From Veterinaerplatzvirus T145P1: a stretch of 45,062 nt of DNA. This document shows, piece by piece, positions 44,705 to 45,062 of this stretch. Every line of letters starts with the position of its first letter. Within the stretch, counting starts at the first letter, position 1. Under the pieces are notes generated by a model, which worked only from the letters and a program-made list of their open reading frames with translations, was not told the DNA's origin and made no database searches. The position numbers were made by a program, and so were the translations under genes. Where the stretch lies: sequence record OZ035765.1. One strand, written 5' to 3'.

Positions 44705-44781
44705 GCTCGAGTGGCGAAAGTGGATATCGCAAGAGACTTCTAATCTCTAGATTGCTGGTTCGAATCCAGCCTCGAGCGCCA
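44705..44781 (+). tRNA. tRNA-Arg (anticodon UCU)
   Basis: Hand-folded cloverleaf: 7-bp acceptor GCTCGAG/CTCGAGC, D-arm GCGA/TCGC with GG loop, anticodon stem AGAGA/TCTCT with loop CTTCTAA, T-arm GCTGG-TTCGAAT-CCAGC, discriminator G, encoded CCA. Confidence 0.85.
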
Positions 44782-44796
44782 ATCAAGGAGTTCATT

Positions 44797-44979
44797 ATGT
44801 GGGATGTGAAGTTGTCCATTCGCTTAATGGGCCGCTCGTGCAATAGCTGCACCCAAGATTATGTCGCGTCAGTTGCCGCAATCAGCGCTGAGGATGCGGT
44901 AGCGAAAGTAAAGGAGATGTCAGGCGCTGACCCTGACACTCACAAATTCCTGGTAGCTTACGTTCGTGAGCGAAAGTAA
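44797..44979 (+). CDS. hypothetical protein (60 aa)
   Basis: Start moved to ATG 44797 (AAGGAG RBS) because the track ORF's 5' part is the tRNA. Confidence 0.4.
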   Translation: MWDVKLSIRLMGRSCNSCTQDYVASVAAISAEDAVAKVKEMSGADPDTHKFLVAYVRERK

Positions 44980-45023
44980 AAAGTGTTATACCCTCGTTAA
45001 GTTTCGTTTCTCTCGTTGTTTTT

Positions 45024-45047
45024 AGCCCTCTCTTGAGGGCTTTTTTT
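45024..45047 (+). terminator. rho-independent terminator
   Basis: AGCCCTC-TCTT-GAGGGCT followed by T7. Confidence 0.65.
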
Positions 45048-45062
45048 CGTCTGCAATATGGT

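Noticed and set aside
1-45062. CRISPR array, integrase, or lysogeny repressor/immunity region
   Set aside because: No regularly spaced direct repeats with unique spacers; no tyrosine or serine recombinase-like ORF; gene content fits a strictly lytic phage.

Overview
The window reads as an almost complete genome of a virulent T1-like siphovirus (Drexlerviridae-type architecture); this assignment is an inference from gene order and motifs, not a database hit. Layout: (1) 30-19272, plus strand: terminase small and large subunits, portal, scaffold/head proteins, major capsid, connector proteins, major tail protein, tail chaperone pair with a -1 frameshift, tape measure, and lambda-like M/L/K/I/J tail tip genes. 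(2) 19304-20511, minus strand: a 323-aa protein translationally coupled to a Cor-like lipoprotein. (3) 20853-24072, plus strand: recombination module (PD-(D/E)XK exonuclease, Dam-type methyltransferase, Erf annealase, SSB). (4) 24102-28233, minus strand: 860-aa tail fibre/tailspike with a beta-helix-like domain, zinc-finger primase, Cro/YdaS-like HTH protein. (5) 28335-35152, plus strand: SF2 helicase, VRR-NUC nuclease, small early ORFs, HTH-metallophosphoesterase fusion, then holin, SAR endolysin and unimolecular spanin. (6) 35167-38964, minus strand: operon with an orphan P-loop NTPase and small proteins. (7) 39850-44979, plus strand: many small early ORFs and a tRNA-Arg(UCU) at 44705-44781. 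The most striking feature is a promoter-like module repeated at least 18 times (left half-site TAGCA invariant, right half-site TTGNTA-like, a fixed 22-23 bp spacer, a TATAGT-like -10 box, a conserved CATCGAAACGAG leader), which looks like a phage-wide activator-dependent regulon. Two divergent control regions (around 20.5-20.9 kb and 39.0-39.8 kb) share a duplicated AT-rich block with a variable (ATT)n tract; the second also holds an iteron-like array and palindromes, making it a candidate origin. No integrase, lysogeny repressor or CRISPR array was seen. All product names rest on motif-level reading of the translations; coordinates of non-CDS features are hand-indexed and may be off by a base or two.
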